Positions 22,954-37,192 are shown, numbered from the stretch's first letter. The stretch: DNA of 64,000 nucleotides from Chlorokybus atmophyticus (GCA_009103225.1 RHPI01000772.1:62001-126000), one strand, 5' to 3'. A program made the numbers and translations. Notes: a model not told the origin generated them from the sequence alone.

Positions 22954-25899
22954 TTACATGTTTGTGGGTCCTGTCAATTGCACTTGGGCAGGGAGGCTAA
23001 GTAGGTGGTACAGTGGTCCCCAACCAAGTAGACGTTATTTAAAACCCCCGCGCGGATTGTCATTGACTTCTGAGAATGGCTGGCCGGCCGCAGCCAGTGA
23101 GAACGAGAGAGGGTGCAATGCAGTCTGTGGCGATTGGGAACGTGAACTTTGCCTGACAGTACTTAAATAGCCCGTTGTCGCTTGCAGCTGCAGCTCATGT
23201 CAAGAGTGTGCCAGTAACCGACGTGAATGAGTGAATTGGTATTTGTTTTTTAAAATATGTAAATGAATTGACAAGGCGGGTTTCCTCTGACTCCCTCCTT
23301 CCACATACGTACGCACTAGCAATGTAGGGGGCGAGAGACAGTAATGAAAGTACACCGTGTGCATGCGCACCTTAATTAAATTTGACAGTGTTTACTAGCC
23401 GGCCAAAGGAGTAGACTCCCCCACAATTGGTGTAGGCGTAGTGCGTGCTCAGCTTTTGCTGGTAAGATGGGTTCTGGCGTGGGTTTGTTTGAAGCAGTCG
23501 AGTTGGACCAAAACGTCCTTCAAAGAGGCATTGCGTTGACTTTATTGCAGTATCCATCCGTGCACCTATCAGAAACACGCGCCCACTCACCACCGAATAC
23601 AGTGCTGGTTTCGGCGCCGCTGAAGTGCTCAGCTCGCTGCTGTAGCCCACACCTGTAACGGCAGGATGTCCAGAGTGTCTGCTTGTGTTACGAAATGAGG
23701 GGTTTCCACTAAGTCACATCAGCAAAAGGCGCTGATGGTTGAAGATTTCATATGGATATAAGCTACAATCGTGACCATCCTCCCCCTAAGGATGTGATGT
23801 TCCTTAACCATCCAACCTAATGTCTATAATGCATATGAGCATGAGCAAGTGAGCATGAGCAACTCGGAGCGTAGGCGCTTACGGGGGCAATGCATGCCTT
23901 CTGCTGTTACTGACAACAATTAGCACTCCACAGCAGGAAAAGCAAATGACAATGCTGTTGGTTCATGAGACGACCCAAGCCAGCTTAGTGGTTTTTAAAA
24001 GTTACCACAGAAGCAGACTCTTGATTACGCATGTAGGTGAGTGCAAGCATGTGTGTTAGGCATGATCAGCTCATGCCAAGCAACCAACTTGCATGTGCTT
24101 TTTGCTTGCTCTACCTGTGGCGAATATAGCATTATTTGCAGGGTTCTCAACATGCATAGCATATGACACTTGTGTGCTTTTGTCTAGTCAGCTTAGCCAG
24201 CCCTATTGTATCTGTAAGTTAATATTTGATAAGCTCCTCATAGACTGCAGTTGTATGTGTAGGCTGCAGGCAGGTAAGATTGGTATAGTTTGATGGTTTC
24301 TGGTAAAACCCAGACTGAGGGCCCAGAGCCGATAGGCCGCGGGATATTAAACAAGTTCACTTCTCTAGTCACTTCGATGGCGGTGTAGCTCTGCTCTTAC
24401 CACTATGCTGTGTATGCTTGTTGTGCATGGTTGCATGCAGCATCTCTAGTCAACACTACCTACACTCATGCTTGCACACAAAGGTACGCGATGTGCATTG
24501 AGCTGGGGTCTAAGGTTTCGTGCAGTGCAGTGCGAGTATGCGAGATTACAGGGCACACACAGTGTGCGAAACCGCACTTCGCATAACCGGTACATCTGCT
24601 AGCATAGGGTAAGTGTACATATTCCGGACACCTAATCAAGGAAAAGTTGTAAACTATGCTATACATGTGTCATCGAGCAGTGTGATAGCTTATTGGGAAG
24701 GCCTTTCAGTCTATTGTCCGTCTCACTTAACAATAAAGGTTTTAATTAGCGAAATGTGTTTGCTACACCCTTTTTAAAGGCGAGGGTGTGGCAAAACGCC
24801 GAAAATGCAGCTTGCCCTAACTTCAAACGCGGGCAAATTGGTTGTGTGTTGCTGCTGGTGGTAGCAAGGGAATAGCCATATTTTTGCCATAACTTTTGCT
24901 ATATTTTACCAGTTGACTAGCCTTTTTAAGGGCCATTAGCAGATAAATAGGCGGTCATACAACTAAAAAACACCGCAAACGGCTATCATAAACGCTACCC
25001 TTAGCGGCCAAAGTCGTGCAAATTTGTGCATAATTCCACCATAATGGCCATAATGGCCTCATTACTTAACCAATGGAGCCAGGTTGTTGCAGTAGGATGC
25101 ATCTCGTAAATAGCTACAAAACAAGTCTTTATCTGGCAAAAATGACCGCTGGTGACCACCGCAATCGGTTAAAGGCTTACGTGTCAGAATTTAAGATACA
25201 GTCTGAAGTTGGTAACACTTACCCTACACCTTCTGTATACAAGACCAATATGCAACTGTCGATAACGTGAATTAAGAGCCTTCATGGCTACATGTGCAAC
25301 CACTTCAACCTGACCCGTGTGGTGTTTTCATGATACTCTCGTTGTTTCACACACTTCAAACCTAGACAACATCATTCTCAACTATACCAACAAGACTCAC
25401 CAGTCATCTACTAGGCAACATGACTGTTGTGGCTTGCGACTATGGGTCGGTAGCTTGATAGTCAACTACAAATGCCCTTCATGCAGCTTGCAAACTTCAG
25501 GTGATAACTCCGCCAAACATTTGTGAAAACGCCTATTGATGGCATCTAGCTTGCCTGCACATACATCACTTGCATTTTTTGTCTACATAAAGAAGAGACG
25601 GGAACACGCTGCCTGCATGACTGCAAGAGTGTGCAAGTGTCTGACTACCTGCGCGTAATACTTGTGTGCATGCATGGGTACGTGCGTGTTTGTGTGCGTA
25701 TCGCTTGTGTGCATGCGTGTAGCATGCGCGCCCATATCGAGCGTGGGAGAGGCAACAACACTTGCAACAATGTGGACGTACAACTTCACGCCTAACATCA
25801 TCGCGCACAGCCTGCAATGGACAAGCTCTCGCACATGACGCACCGCTCAGCATGTCGCCTACACAATAATAACTTGCATGTCTTAATAGCAATTGCTGT

Positions 25900-27120
25900 G
25901 TCACATTGCTGTTGCACAAATCTGCTTGGCAGGGTGCCTATAGCCTAGCTTGTGAGACTCAAAGGCTTTCACAACCTTCCAAAGCTTGCTGCGCACGGAA
26001 GCATCGTTGTTGCAGAACTTCGGGCATCGTTTCAGCAAAGTGCTCATTTGTGCATAATAGCTTGCCAGAAATGTCATCCAGTTAACAAGTTTTTGAGCCA
26101 CAACCTTCAGTGGCAGCAAACAATTGTAGTTCTTGGCGCAGCATACTGCAAAGGTCCTTGTCACTAACGCTTGACAATGCCTGGAGCCTATGTAGGTTGT
26201 CTAGAAGAGTTTGAGGATAGCACTATACCAGGTGTAGGTGGGCCACTGCTGTTGTTTTTACACCACGAGTATACTTTCGCATTTGCAATACAACAAGACT
26301 TAACTACAAACACCCATGAATTAAGATTGAGGCGTTCAACACTGCTCCATAAATTCGGCGCTCGAAGTCTTTAAGATTGCAATAAAGTGACTTGATCATG
26401 CCTTGTGTGACAAGCAACGTCACTTGCTGCTGAGGAAGAGATTACCCGTTCTAGATCCGCGCACCGCTTGCTGCTCACTTTCTAACCATGGGGACAGGAG
26501 GCGCACGCATCTAGGTCTTTCTCTTGTCGACAGCTGGCCAACAGACAATGTTGAGTGGGCAGCGCCAACAGCTCCAAGTTGTGACCAAGCTCAAGATGTG
26601 TCACAAATTGGGACAGCCCTCACTTATGGTAGTGTCTTTTACTACCATAGCCTAGTGGTCGGGCCTCAATTGCTACAGGATGGCTTAAGGGAGGAGCAGC
26701 AGCTCACCTTGTTGCTTATGTCAACGGCATCCTCCGAACTTGTTGTGCCACATATGTGCACTGAATCAGCCTGCAAATGATTGCATTGGGAGGTGCGCAT
26801 ATGTACGTCCAAACTGGCTCTTGCCCGTACAAAGATATAAAAGTGCGGCGCAACGGCTCTGGGTGTGGCAGCTCTCGTGATGCGCGTGAGAGAAAACATC
26901 ATGTGAGCTATGGGCACAGTCACAATCAAGTCAACTGCACGCTCTTGCATATGGGTCACAAAAGTTGTAAAAATATGTCTGGTTGCTGATTGGGCCAGGG
27001 AGACAGCAATGAGCTGAACATGCACGCGATTGCCGATTTTATAATGATATGCCATTATTTGCAGGAACCAACCACTTGTACCGGTAATGGCCAAACACGT
27101 GCACGCACACACTTGCATAC
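25900..27120 (-). pseudogene. degenerate transposase-like relic (possibly hAT), copy 1; boundaries approximate
   Basis: Fragmented frames (TRITRAATPRAVAPHFY; DISNKVSCCS; LKVVAQKLVNWMTFLASYYAQMSTLLKRCP) are homologous to the plus-strand copy at ~28990-30300. Multiple stops and frameshifts. Confidence 0.45.
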
Positions 27121-28989
27121 AATAGCCACCATGCCATCAATCGCTGGTGCAATAAGGATGCCAACAACTTAATAAAAGCTGCAAAGGTGGCTGATTGTTT
27201 TAAGCTTGACAGGCAGCAGAGCATTGAACAAAATGATTGAGACAGACTCGCGTTATAGATACTATACATGCTACCAACGTACTAGATCATGCAAGCCTCT
27301 CAATCATCTTGGGTGCACAACGACAAGTATTAGCAGGGTTTGTTGTGAACACATTCGTTGTTCGCATGTCAATATGCACGCTGGTCGATTTGGCTTAGCC
27401 ACAGCGGTTGCTGCACACAATTGGCAACCTACAGACGGCGCACTGCGCTGATCAGCTAAGCCACAACACAGCTTAGCTTCATGAAGCTAAGGCATGCAGC
27501 GGAACAGTAAATGTGACAAAGCGAAACCAAGGCACGGGTGCATTGCCTTAACAACCCGCTTCAGGTTTGACCACCATGCATGCGGTTTGTGACGGACATA
27601 GTGCTAGACTACCGCTTGTGCGTTTACCGAACAAGCTTGACAATGAGCAATGCATATGTACATTTTGTGCACTGGTGTGCAAGCTTGCTAGCAGTGACCA
27701 AGCACACGCAACACATAAGCTACAGTTGTATGAAGCTTCACAACACTTGTCGTTTGCACTAACGGAGCCCGTTCACTGCCGTGGTGGCTCCAGCTGGCAT
27801 TAAAACTACATGCAAGCTGCCACCGTCGCCTCTGACGAGCTGCAGTCGGCGACATGCTTGCATACATGGCTGCCTTCAGCGCCCGCGACGCAGCGCTGAT
27901 CACTAGGTCTACAACACGGACAACAAAATGGTGGTCAACGGCAATGAAGCTCTTAATCACCACCACTAGCACCACCGCCACCGCCACCGCCACCATCGCC
28001 TTTCAGCTCAACCATATGTCGTGCTTGTAATCGTCAATGACTTCGACATAAAGGTTGCAATATGCATAAGCGGCGGCAGCCGCGGCGACATTGGCGGCGT
28101 GGAGACCGCTGTCGTTCACGGGGCAGTGCTTGCGTCGATGGGCACGCCGGTGTGCATATCAGCTGGCATAGGCTTGGTGGCATGCTCTTGTGTCTAGCGA
28201 CGGGTGGGCAGCGACGGGTGGGCAGCGTAGCAGAGGTTTTAGTGCTTGAGTTGAAGTTACAGCTGCTGTCTCTTCGAGGTATGCTTTGCAAGTCAGCTCA
28301 TGCTATTGTTTAACGCAGCATGCTGTTCCATGCGAGGGTTGGGCGCATGTATTGTAAACTGATCTACCGTAGATCAACTTATCAGCACAATGCTTGCCAT
28401 GTGTCTGTTTCGTGTGTGTGAAGCATTGTCACAATAGCTCTGGCAAAGCTCACAAAAGGGGGGCAGCGCACATTGAAATGAATGTGATACATGGGAACAC
28501 AGCAATACACGGGTTCATACAACATTGCATATAACACTGCACTGCTGTGAAATCTACACATGAGAGTCCTTTGCTTCCATCACCTGCCGCAGCGCTTTAC
28601 AACACACTGTGGCCATGTGTGCTGACATTGGCATGCATTGATTTGGCAAGATAACGCATAGATGCTTGGCTTGCATTGGTATGCTATCTCATGCAAGTAG
28701 CAATAGCTCCTCATGAACGCTACTCTTGCCAACAGTGCTTGGCCACTTATCATGGAGACCGGTCAGCCATGGTAGTGGATGACATTGCGACGAGTGTCGT
28801 TGTGTACACATGCATGTGGCCATGATATTACAAGTGAAGTCACTCTTTTGCCATCCACCAGTGCAAGCCATCACTGTCGCACGGGTTCGCCAGCATACTA
28901 CTATTTTACAAGCACTGACAGTTGCGGATCAACCGTCAACTGTTGAAGTTGCTGGTTCTCTTTAAGCCCTTATGCAATGACTTGCTAAC

Positions 28990-30300
28990 TTGTGATCATT
29001 TCACAGTTTAGCAGTAACGTTTTCACGCGCATCACGAGAGCAGCTACAGGCAGAGCCATTTTGCCCCAATACTACAACTTTTTGTACGGGCAAGGGCCAG
29101 CCTACAACGTTAACACATCTCTCAACTCGATTGACTCCGGGCAAATACCGTATATATTCGCGGCACAATTGCGCTTTGCATGCTGCTCATCAATTCTTGA
29201 CAATGCTCATGACGACAGTAACAACGTGAGCTGCTGCTCCTTGCCAAGCCATTCTATTGCCTTTTTACAAGTAGGAATGCTGGGGCTGCCCATTCAACAT
29301 TATCTGTTTGCTAGTTGCCAGCATAAATCATATGGGGCAGGCCTCCAGGGTCAGAAGCTGAGCAGCAAGCTGTGCGCCAATTTTAAGAGGGCTGTCTTTC
29401 CCGAGTGGCGTTGCTCGTTACGCAAGGCAAGCCACGGTCACTTTTTCGCGATCCCAAAAAGTTGGAGAGACACATGCATGAGGTATTTTGCAATTGTATC
29501 GAATAGCTCACTTTGAATTCTTGGGTGCTTATGCTAAAGCTGTGATTGCAATTTTTAAGGCTAATTCCTGATGTGAGCACGACAGCAGTGGCAAAAGGTA
29601 CACTCATACGCAACTGTCCTACGAGACTTACAATCAACACGTTAAGGCTCCAAGAGCTTGCAAGCAGCAGTAACAAGGACCTTTGCAGTATGCCGCGCAG
29701 CGCTGCCTCAATGCTTGCTTTCACATTGGAGGTTGTGGCTACAAGATTTGTTGCCTTGCGGACATTTTTGGCAGCTGGTTATGCGCGTACGGTTGCATGG
29801 TTGAAACGATGCCCTTATGTGATATGCGCCGCCGTTGCTTCCATGTTCCGCCGCAAGCTTCAGACAGTCGCGAACACGCCCGAGTCTGATGATATCGGCA
29901 GCAAGAGCCTTGCCATGCAGATTATCATATGCGAGCCAGGAGTGGTAGTCCGGATGTCATTTAAGCAAATGCAAATACGCCGCAAGTGGCTAGCTGCAGA
30001 GCTTACAGAGCGAAGCATGCGGGCAATGCCGACATTGTCGATGTCAATAACGCATGGAGACAACGTTCTCGACCAACATTGTTTTGTCGGCATGCAGTTC
30101 CCATTGCGGACTCGGCAGCCATGGGGTACTCTGCGGCCTCATGGCACACAAGGTTTCTAAAGTTCGTTCGCTAGCAACAAGAGCTTACAGAGGCACGTTA
30201 GGCGCAATCAGCCAACAACATTGTTATGCCAACATTGGGGAAAGAATGAGGAGCATTATGTTGGCTTGGTGGTTCAGTGGTTCAACACAATGCGGGACAG
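28990..30300 (+). pseudogene. degenerate transposase-like relic (possibly hAT), copy 2; boundaries approximate
   Basis: Frames TRITRAATGRAILPQYY; LDNAHDDSNNVSCCS; GAAH; LEVVATRFVALRTFLAAGYARTVAWLKRCP. The DNA, xAAH and ATRF-like motifs occur in hAT order. The DNA block aaggacctttgcagtatgc is shared with copy 1. Confidence 0.45.
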
Positions 30301-32899
30301 CTGCTAGCGTAAACCGCCACGGAAGCATGACGGCATGCGGGTGAAAGCAATGCGGGCTGTGTGGTATGCATGGCTTTTTTGCTTGCTGCTGTGGTGGATG
30401 GTTAGCCTGAGACGAATGAGCCATGTGCCTCTTCCCGGGTAGGTATGCGTTTTTTCTTTGATATCGTCTGGCTGGGATGCGTTGAGGTCGGCCGAAGCAT
30501 GCACTGCTTAGCCCATCGCAAATTGCATTCATCAAATCTGTTGCTTGTATTGGTATGTGTCTTATGGCATAGAAGTTGGTGAAAAAGACCAGTTGGGTTA
30601 AATTCGGTTGGGTTGGGTTTGGTTGAAATGCAAAGGCGTAACTTCCTGCCATGGTCACTTTTGGCGTTGCATGCAGATGAAGTGTGACCATTTGTTGCCG
30701 TGTTCAGCCATGGATCCGGCTATGTCCATTTTAATGCCGCTGGCATTGTCATTGGTGCAGCTTTTTTCTGCCTACGCGCCCACCGTGGAAAACGTCCACC
30801 CCTCTGACATAGACAATGGCGACAACAGTTGGAAAATGAGTAAACCTTTAAGATGCGTGCGCGTGCGTGTTTATCACACCACACTTGGCTTGACAGCATA
30901 TGCTTATGCTTCTGCGGTAGTTTGCTTCTTTCCCAACCATAGGTGTGACAACTGCGTTTCCCGCCGACGACTAAGAAGGCGAGCGTGCATGGCATGTATG
31001 TCCGCAATTGCGCTCTGCATTTTTGCTCGCGTTACATATGTTGTAAGCATGCTTTTTACGTCGCTAGTTCGAGTTGCACGAGCTGCGTCCTATTAGCACA
31101 TAATGTACAACGATAAGTATTATCTCTACGGTGTGATTGTTTAATGTGTGTAACATTATAAACATGTAGCAGGTCAGTTACAATAATCATATATCGATTA
31201 ATAGAAGTGCATTATCTCTTAAATTGAGCGTGTATCAATGTGTTGCACATGTTTAACCCGATAGCATGCTTTTTATGCGCTGCATGTTTCATCGGTAGGA
31301 TATGATATTGATGCAAAAGTGTAACTATATTGGAAGCTGCAATAAAATTTTAGCATGCATTTTAACATTTTTGCGTAATGTATGCAACCTAGTCCATTTT
31401 TGATTGTATGCTTTGGCTAACGAATAATCACCAAGGTTTGTTGTACCATGCTACCTCAGAGTTAATTGGTTATAACTATATATAACATATGCATTAAGGA
31501 CTTTCAAGGCTACGACAATTGCTTGCCCAATAGTAAATTTTGATAGAAAGTGTGTTGCAGGTATAAAGTTCAATAACAACAACTGGAGTAGTTGCCATGC
31601 GCACATTACATCACGCGATCCTTTTCATGTGTTTGCATAAGCAAGTGATGGCTTCAGAGTTTGCTACACTTTATGCTATAAATCCACTTAAGAGTATATA
31701 ACAACAAAGTGTCATAAGTGCACTTGCATAGTTATAAAACAATTTGCGTATTACGCTATTGTATTGCGCAAACAATAATGTGCTGACTTCGAATGTAATT
31801 GATTGTAGCACTTACCGGTTCATACCAATATAATGTTGATCCTAATACTGTCGATATATAATCATGAAGGCTGTATGATGCTTAATAATTATTATGTGTA
31901 AATTAATACAACTTTTGCCAATCAGTTGTGGTGTTAGATTATACTGCATATCTTAATTTGAATTGTGCATTATTTGCATTATATGCCGTTACGTGCGTCC
32001 TTGTTCGGATGTTGACCATGTTTAATGACGCAGTAACAATAGCGTGTAATCAATTAGCGTTATATGGTAGAGTGGATTAGTTAGAACGAGGGTGAGTAGT
32101 GGCGGCATGTCTTTGGGGCATGGGGCCTGCCCCGACCTCGTACCGCCAAAAGCGCGGCCGTTTTAACCACTAACCGTGCTGCAATTGCACAAAATCCCTA
32201 GCAATTTGGGGTCGCCGTTGGTAAGCAGTTGCTGCTGAGATAGTGTTCAACATCTTTTACGCATCTCTGCAATAATTGGCTATTTCGCTGCCTTTTTCAG
32301 CAACGGCTGTTGTCACCGTTGCGAAATCATTTGATTAATCTCATGTGTGACCAAATGGTTGCCTAACGATGCGAGTTTTCGTGTAATTGAACATTAACGT
32401 TAAGGTAATTCAGGTTAGCATTATTTTCATGGTTGTAACCTCAGCATTACTGACTGAGTATCGCAGCACGTACCGTGGCGTAAACGTTACGTTCATTATT
32501 AAGTTGAAAATACTTATCTGCAGGTTGCTAGCCATATTGCACCATATTGCACCATATTGACATACAGCATATTTATCAATATTGACATACAGCATATTTA
32601 TCAATATCATTACTGTAACACATTAAAATGATCAACATGCAGCCATAAGCGGCCACGTATGCAGAACTGTGCTTAACTTTACATTTATTAGCAATTGGAT
32701 GTGCTTTGGACGGCCAGGAGCGTTATTAGGCTGATCCAACGGTGTAACGATTGTTCTCGCCGTTTAGCCAATGAGAAGCAGGCGGGCCGCACATACTGCC
32801 GCGCAGCTCGGCAGTCGCGGGTGCTGTGTGATGGCCCTAGCGCGGGATGTGTGATGTAGGTTAGGTCAAATGCCGACAGGCCGGCCGGCCCGACCAATA

Positions 32900-33050
32900 G
32901 GCGTGATGGGCGTAATGAATTTGTGCTTATAGCATATATATGCTCTTAACGTTCAAGAGCATATTATGCTCTTAGTCGCCAAGAGCATAACCCTGCCAAG
33001 AGCATACGATTTTTGAGGATAACAGAATGCTCTGACGCAAGGGTAGACTA
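32900..33050 (-). mobile_element. truncated end of a mariner-type MITE, inverted relative to 33572-33720
   Basis: ~150 bp is the reverse complement of 33572-33720 (aagagcatattatgctctt array, ggcgtgatgggcgta) and ends in the TIR-like gggtagacta. Confidence 0.65.
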
Positions 33051-33052
33051 TA

Positions 33053-33521
33053 TAGTCTACCCCCGTTAAAAGACTTCGGATTGAGAGAATAACCCCGTTC
33101 AGATTACAGATTTGCAAAAGACTAATGGTTTACAGGGAAGTATCATCGGCTAGTGGAATAGTTTTGTACGCAATAAGACTACAATCAAGGGTTATTATTT
33201 TTAACAAGCTCAATCTTGTTACGAGGGAATATCACGTTGATAGCATGCTTACTCTGATGTTATAAGCATAAACATATTACAAGACTCATGTATAGTTACG
33301 TACATAATTAATTTATTTTTTTAATAATATTATTAATTTAGTTTATGCCATGTTAAAATATAACAACGTGGCTTACGGTTATTTCGCAATACCCCTGTTA
33401 ATAGAATATATATTATGTAAAGAATACAAGAGTATATATGATTGTAAACGCCAAGAGAATAACCCTGTTGATGGAATGAAAGCTGAAAGACACACGTGAT
33501 TATTATAGCGGAGGTAGACTG
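33053..33521. mobile_element. Tc1/mariner-type MITE (469 bp), same family as 16865-17333
   Basis: TIR tagtctacccccgtta / tagcggaggtagactg with TA flanks. Internal blocks (aaaagacttcg, tagtggaatag, aataagact, gccaagagaataaccc) match the 16.9-kb copy. Confidence 0.88.
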
Positions 33522-33571
33522 TACAGTTAAGATACGTAGTTGTACCGAATTACATTGAAACATATATTGTA

Positions 33572-34032
33572 CAGGCTACCCCCTTTGGGAGCATACTGTT
33601 GGTCTTCAAAGAGAGTTTGCTCCTGGCGAGGTTATGCTCTTGGCGATTAAGAGCATAATATGCTCTTAAACATTAAGAGCATCTATATGCTATAAAGCAG
33701 TTTAATACGCCCATCACGCCCATTATATCACGCGCATTACGTCACGTCTATTATGCCAGTATGCTGATTATGCGTTGCACTGTACCCATCACGCCTTACC
33801 CATTACACTCATTACGCCTTATGACGACAAATCCGTCACGCGCTACTCCCTCGATGTTAGGAACATGCACACTTACATTTGCACAAATGTCATGAAAAAT
33901 AATATGCTCTTCACGGTTAGTCATATTCTCTTAAGCACTAACATTTGCGTGTAGGATCGTTAGTGATCTCATAACGTATGATACAAGCGGGGTTATTCTC
34001 TTGGAGCGAAGGCTTTTAGCAGGGGTGGACTG
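33572..34032. mobile_element. related mariner-type MITE (461 bp)
   Basis: Begins ta|caggctacccc and ends aggggtggactg. The reverse complement of its right end (cagtccacccctgctaaaagccttcgct..agaataaccccgct) matches the family 5' end. Confidence 0.7.
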
Positions 34033-36677
34033 TGCAACGCACACATGGCGCATATATGCACCGTGCATGTTATGCTCAAAATGTATGGATTCTTTATTCA
34101 ATCGCATATACCTTGTGCAAATGCAGGATATGGGGATGTGCTTTGGAAGGTTGAGATTTGTTTAACACAAGCTGAATGGCCGATAGCTGATAAACGTCGG
34201 ATAGTCAATGAGAGGCAGGCGGGCTGCTCGGTATGCGCGGCAGGCAAGTAGTCTCGGGTGCCGTATGTGATGGCCCTCCGTGCGCGTGATGTGTCTTTGT
34301 GCCCTAATGTCGGCCTCCCGGCCCAATCACGCCCAATCAGCCGCACCGCTAGTTATAACACAACTGTGTTGCAAAACATTTCGGCCATGGTGGCGATGTC
34401 GAACCCTAATCCTGGTTGAAATAGGACCTTCGACTCCTAATAGAAGCATTTCGCAATAAGGCGCGCGCGGCGCCGCGTTACGCGACATTACATTACAAAA
34501 TTGCTGTCGTGGCCGCGCACAGGACCGGCGGATCGAGGGGTTTAGTAAACCCGATCGCGATGGAGCCCTGTTGTAGGGTTTCAAATAGACTGGTGGCGGC
34601 CGTCTTTGCAATTTTTATTGCCCGCCGGATATCTGGTGATGTCAGTGGCAAAGTTGTGGATGTCGTGGATCTTTCCCACTAACATTACCCAAACAATTGC
34701 CGCCGTTCAAACGTTAATGCAAAAGTACGAGAAGTGAGTGAAAACAGGCTCATAACTTTTATGACCCCTTAAGCGCGGCTAGACCTAGACCAATTTCGGG
34801 CTGTTTTGCCGCAGCCCGATCGCCACCGTGGGCGAAATGTAATGGGTAGATGCACTCGGCACAAAGTACGCCTGCCGGTACACAAGAAACGCAACTTACA
34901 CTATGCACATGCACTTTGAAGCCTTACTGGTGCCGGTGATAGTCGTGTGTTCTTGTTGTCTGTCAATGTGCATGGAGTGTTTATTTGCACGAAAATAGTT
35001 GAACATTCAGTACATGAAGTGCACATGTGGTATTACAAAGTGACATTCACCATGCGTAACACACATGCTGTGAGTCGTGTGTGACACGACTCGTGTGTTT
35101 GTCGTCACAGCCTCTGACGGTGACAGTGTTGTGATAACACACGTCGTCGTCGACCTTTGTCCTGCGACGTGACGGACCGTTCATGACGAACGTGACGCAC
35201 CTCCTTCCCGCACTTGCTGTGCCGAAGCAGCACAAGACCCTGTGCCTCCTCACGTGGTGTCCAAACCCGTCACATCACTCCGGACAGGCGCTGTCGTGCA
35301 GACAGACACTGTCACTTCACGCATGCAGCTCCCCTCCCCTTGCATGGCGGTGGCGGACATTGCACTCTGTCACATCACAGAATCACTGGGGAGGCATTGA
35401 ATAGGCTTTGGTTGTACTTGGTGTGGTGATTTCGTGTTTGTAGGAGGGTTTGTTGTGTGATGTATGTAAAGTCAGCGTGTCAGGCCAGCGCTCCGCCACC
35501 GCTTGCTGGCCGCAGCGCACAATAGAATAGAGCAGCCCATTTTGCGCAAGCAGCAGCACAAAGGACAGTCTGTATAGTCGCATAAATAGTTTGGTTTTTG
35601 TCCTGCCAACGACAACTTCAAGTCAGTGTTGTTGTCGTTGTTGATGTGTCGTCAAGCGTACATGCAACAAGCAGTCACATAAGGTGCTTGTCATGGGATG
35701 TGACTGCTGATGTGGCTGTGCAGTGCACGCAGGCACAGAGACAAGGCATGGCGTGCTTGATGACTGTGTCAAAGCGCATTACATGGCCACAGCAGCATTG
35801 AGAGTGCCAAAATATGTTATGGACATGCAGTTTATAAGTCCAGCAGCTGAACAGGACTTTTCCCAAGGGCTTAACATTGGAACGGTAGTTGCTGCGTCTT
35901 CTTGTGACAGTGAAAAGGCAGAAGTTTTGCTAATGTTGATAAGCACAGCAATATTGGCAATAACCAAAACAATCAACAAGAGAAGGCGTATCAACCAGAG
36001 GACCGAGCTTGATGCAATGCCCCCAATTGAGGTATGAGGCAAGATTTTTATCACTGAGTCTGTGCATGCATGCGTCCAGAAATCTCAACTCAGTCATGAC
36101 ATAAAATAGAGCCTTTTCCTCCTTCTCAGTTAGCACATTCTGCGTTAACAACACAAGCCACCGCTCTCAGGCCCTCTAACCACGCTCCTTGAGTGTCACA
36201 ACACAGTCAACTGACGTGACAGGTGTGACTAACCCCTGACCAACCCCTGATCAACCCCTCATGCAGTGCTTTGATTTCACTGAGCTCTGGTTAATAGACC
36301 AAGCCAAACTGGCCAGAACGATAGAGACAAGCCAGCTTGTGTTGACAAAGTATCAGTCTCCCCTCAAAACCCTCTCTCTTGCTCACAGTCTTTGCCTCAA
36401 CTCCCTCCTCCTCCTCCTTCAGTAGTCTTGTCTTGGCCTTATCCTGCTGCTGGTGTGACAGGGAGGGCGTGGCCTGATCAGACCAGGCCAAGTAGACAGT
36501 GCTGTTGGGGAGCGGGGAGGTAGCAGTGCAAGTGTCTCTCACAGCAGCGGGCAAGCCACCACCCCCACCCCCACCCCCCCACCCCCCCAATCCAAAACCC
36601 CAGCCTGAGACTCTGCTCCAGGTGAGAGTGAAAAGACTACTGGTCAATCAGGAGAGAGCAGGACAGAGAGTGAGGGA

Positions 36678-36679
<2 letters not shown>

Positions 36680-36727
<48 letters not shown>

Positions 36728-37192
36728 NNNNNNNNNNNNNNNNNNNNNNNNNNNNNNNNNNNNNNNNNNNNNNNNNNNNNNNNNNNNNNNNNNNNNNNNN
36801 NNNNNNNNNNNNNNNNNNNNNNNNNNNNNNNNNNNNNNNNNNNNNNNNNNNNNNNNNNNNNNNNNNNNNNNNNNNNNNNNNNNNNNNNNNNNNNNNNNNN
36901 NNNNNNNNNNNNNNNNNNNNNNNNNNNNNNNNNNNNNNNNNNNNNNNNNNNNNNNNNNNNNNNNNNNNNNNNNNCTCTCTCTCTCGCTCTCTCTCTCTCG
37001 CTCGCTCGCTCTCTCTCTCGCTCCCTCTCTCTCGCTCCCTCTCTCTCCCTCTCTCTCTCTCCCTCTCTCTCTCTCCCTCTCTCTCTGTCTCCCTCTCTCT
37101 CTGTCTCTCCCTCTGTCTCCCTCTCCCTCTTTCCCTCTTTCCCTCTTTGCCTCGCTCCCTCGCTCCCTCCCTCGCTCCCTCCCTCCCTCCCC
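36680..37192. repeat. (CT)n/(CCCT)n microsatellite spanning an assembly gap (N 36728-36974)
   Basis: Directly visible. Confidence 0.95.

Larger units (their letters stand above)
32697..34330 (+). repeat. diverged ~200-bp direct repeats (32697-~32898 and 34134-~34330) bracketing a MITE cluster
   Basis: Shared collinear blocks: ggatgtgctttgga, caatgaga(a/g)gcaggcggg, gggtgc(t/c)gt(g/a)tgtgatggccct. Confidence 0.6.

Noticed and set aside
23372-23658. isolated exon-like ORFs
   Set aside because: No consistent splice chain or recognisable protein could be built.
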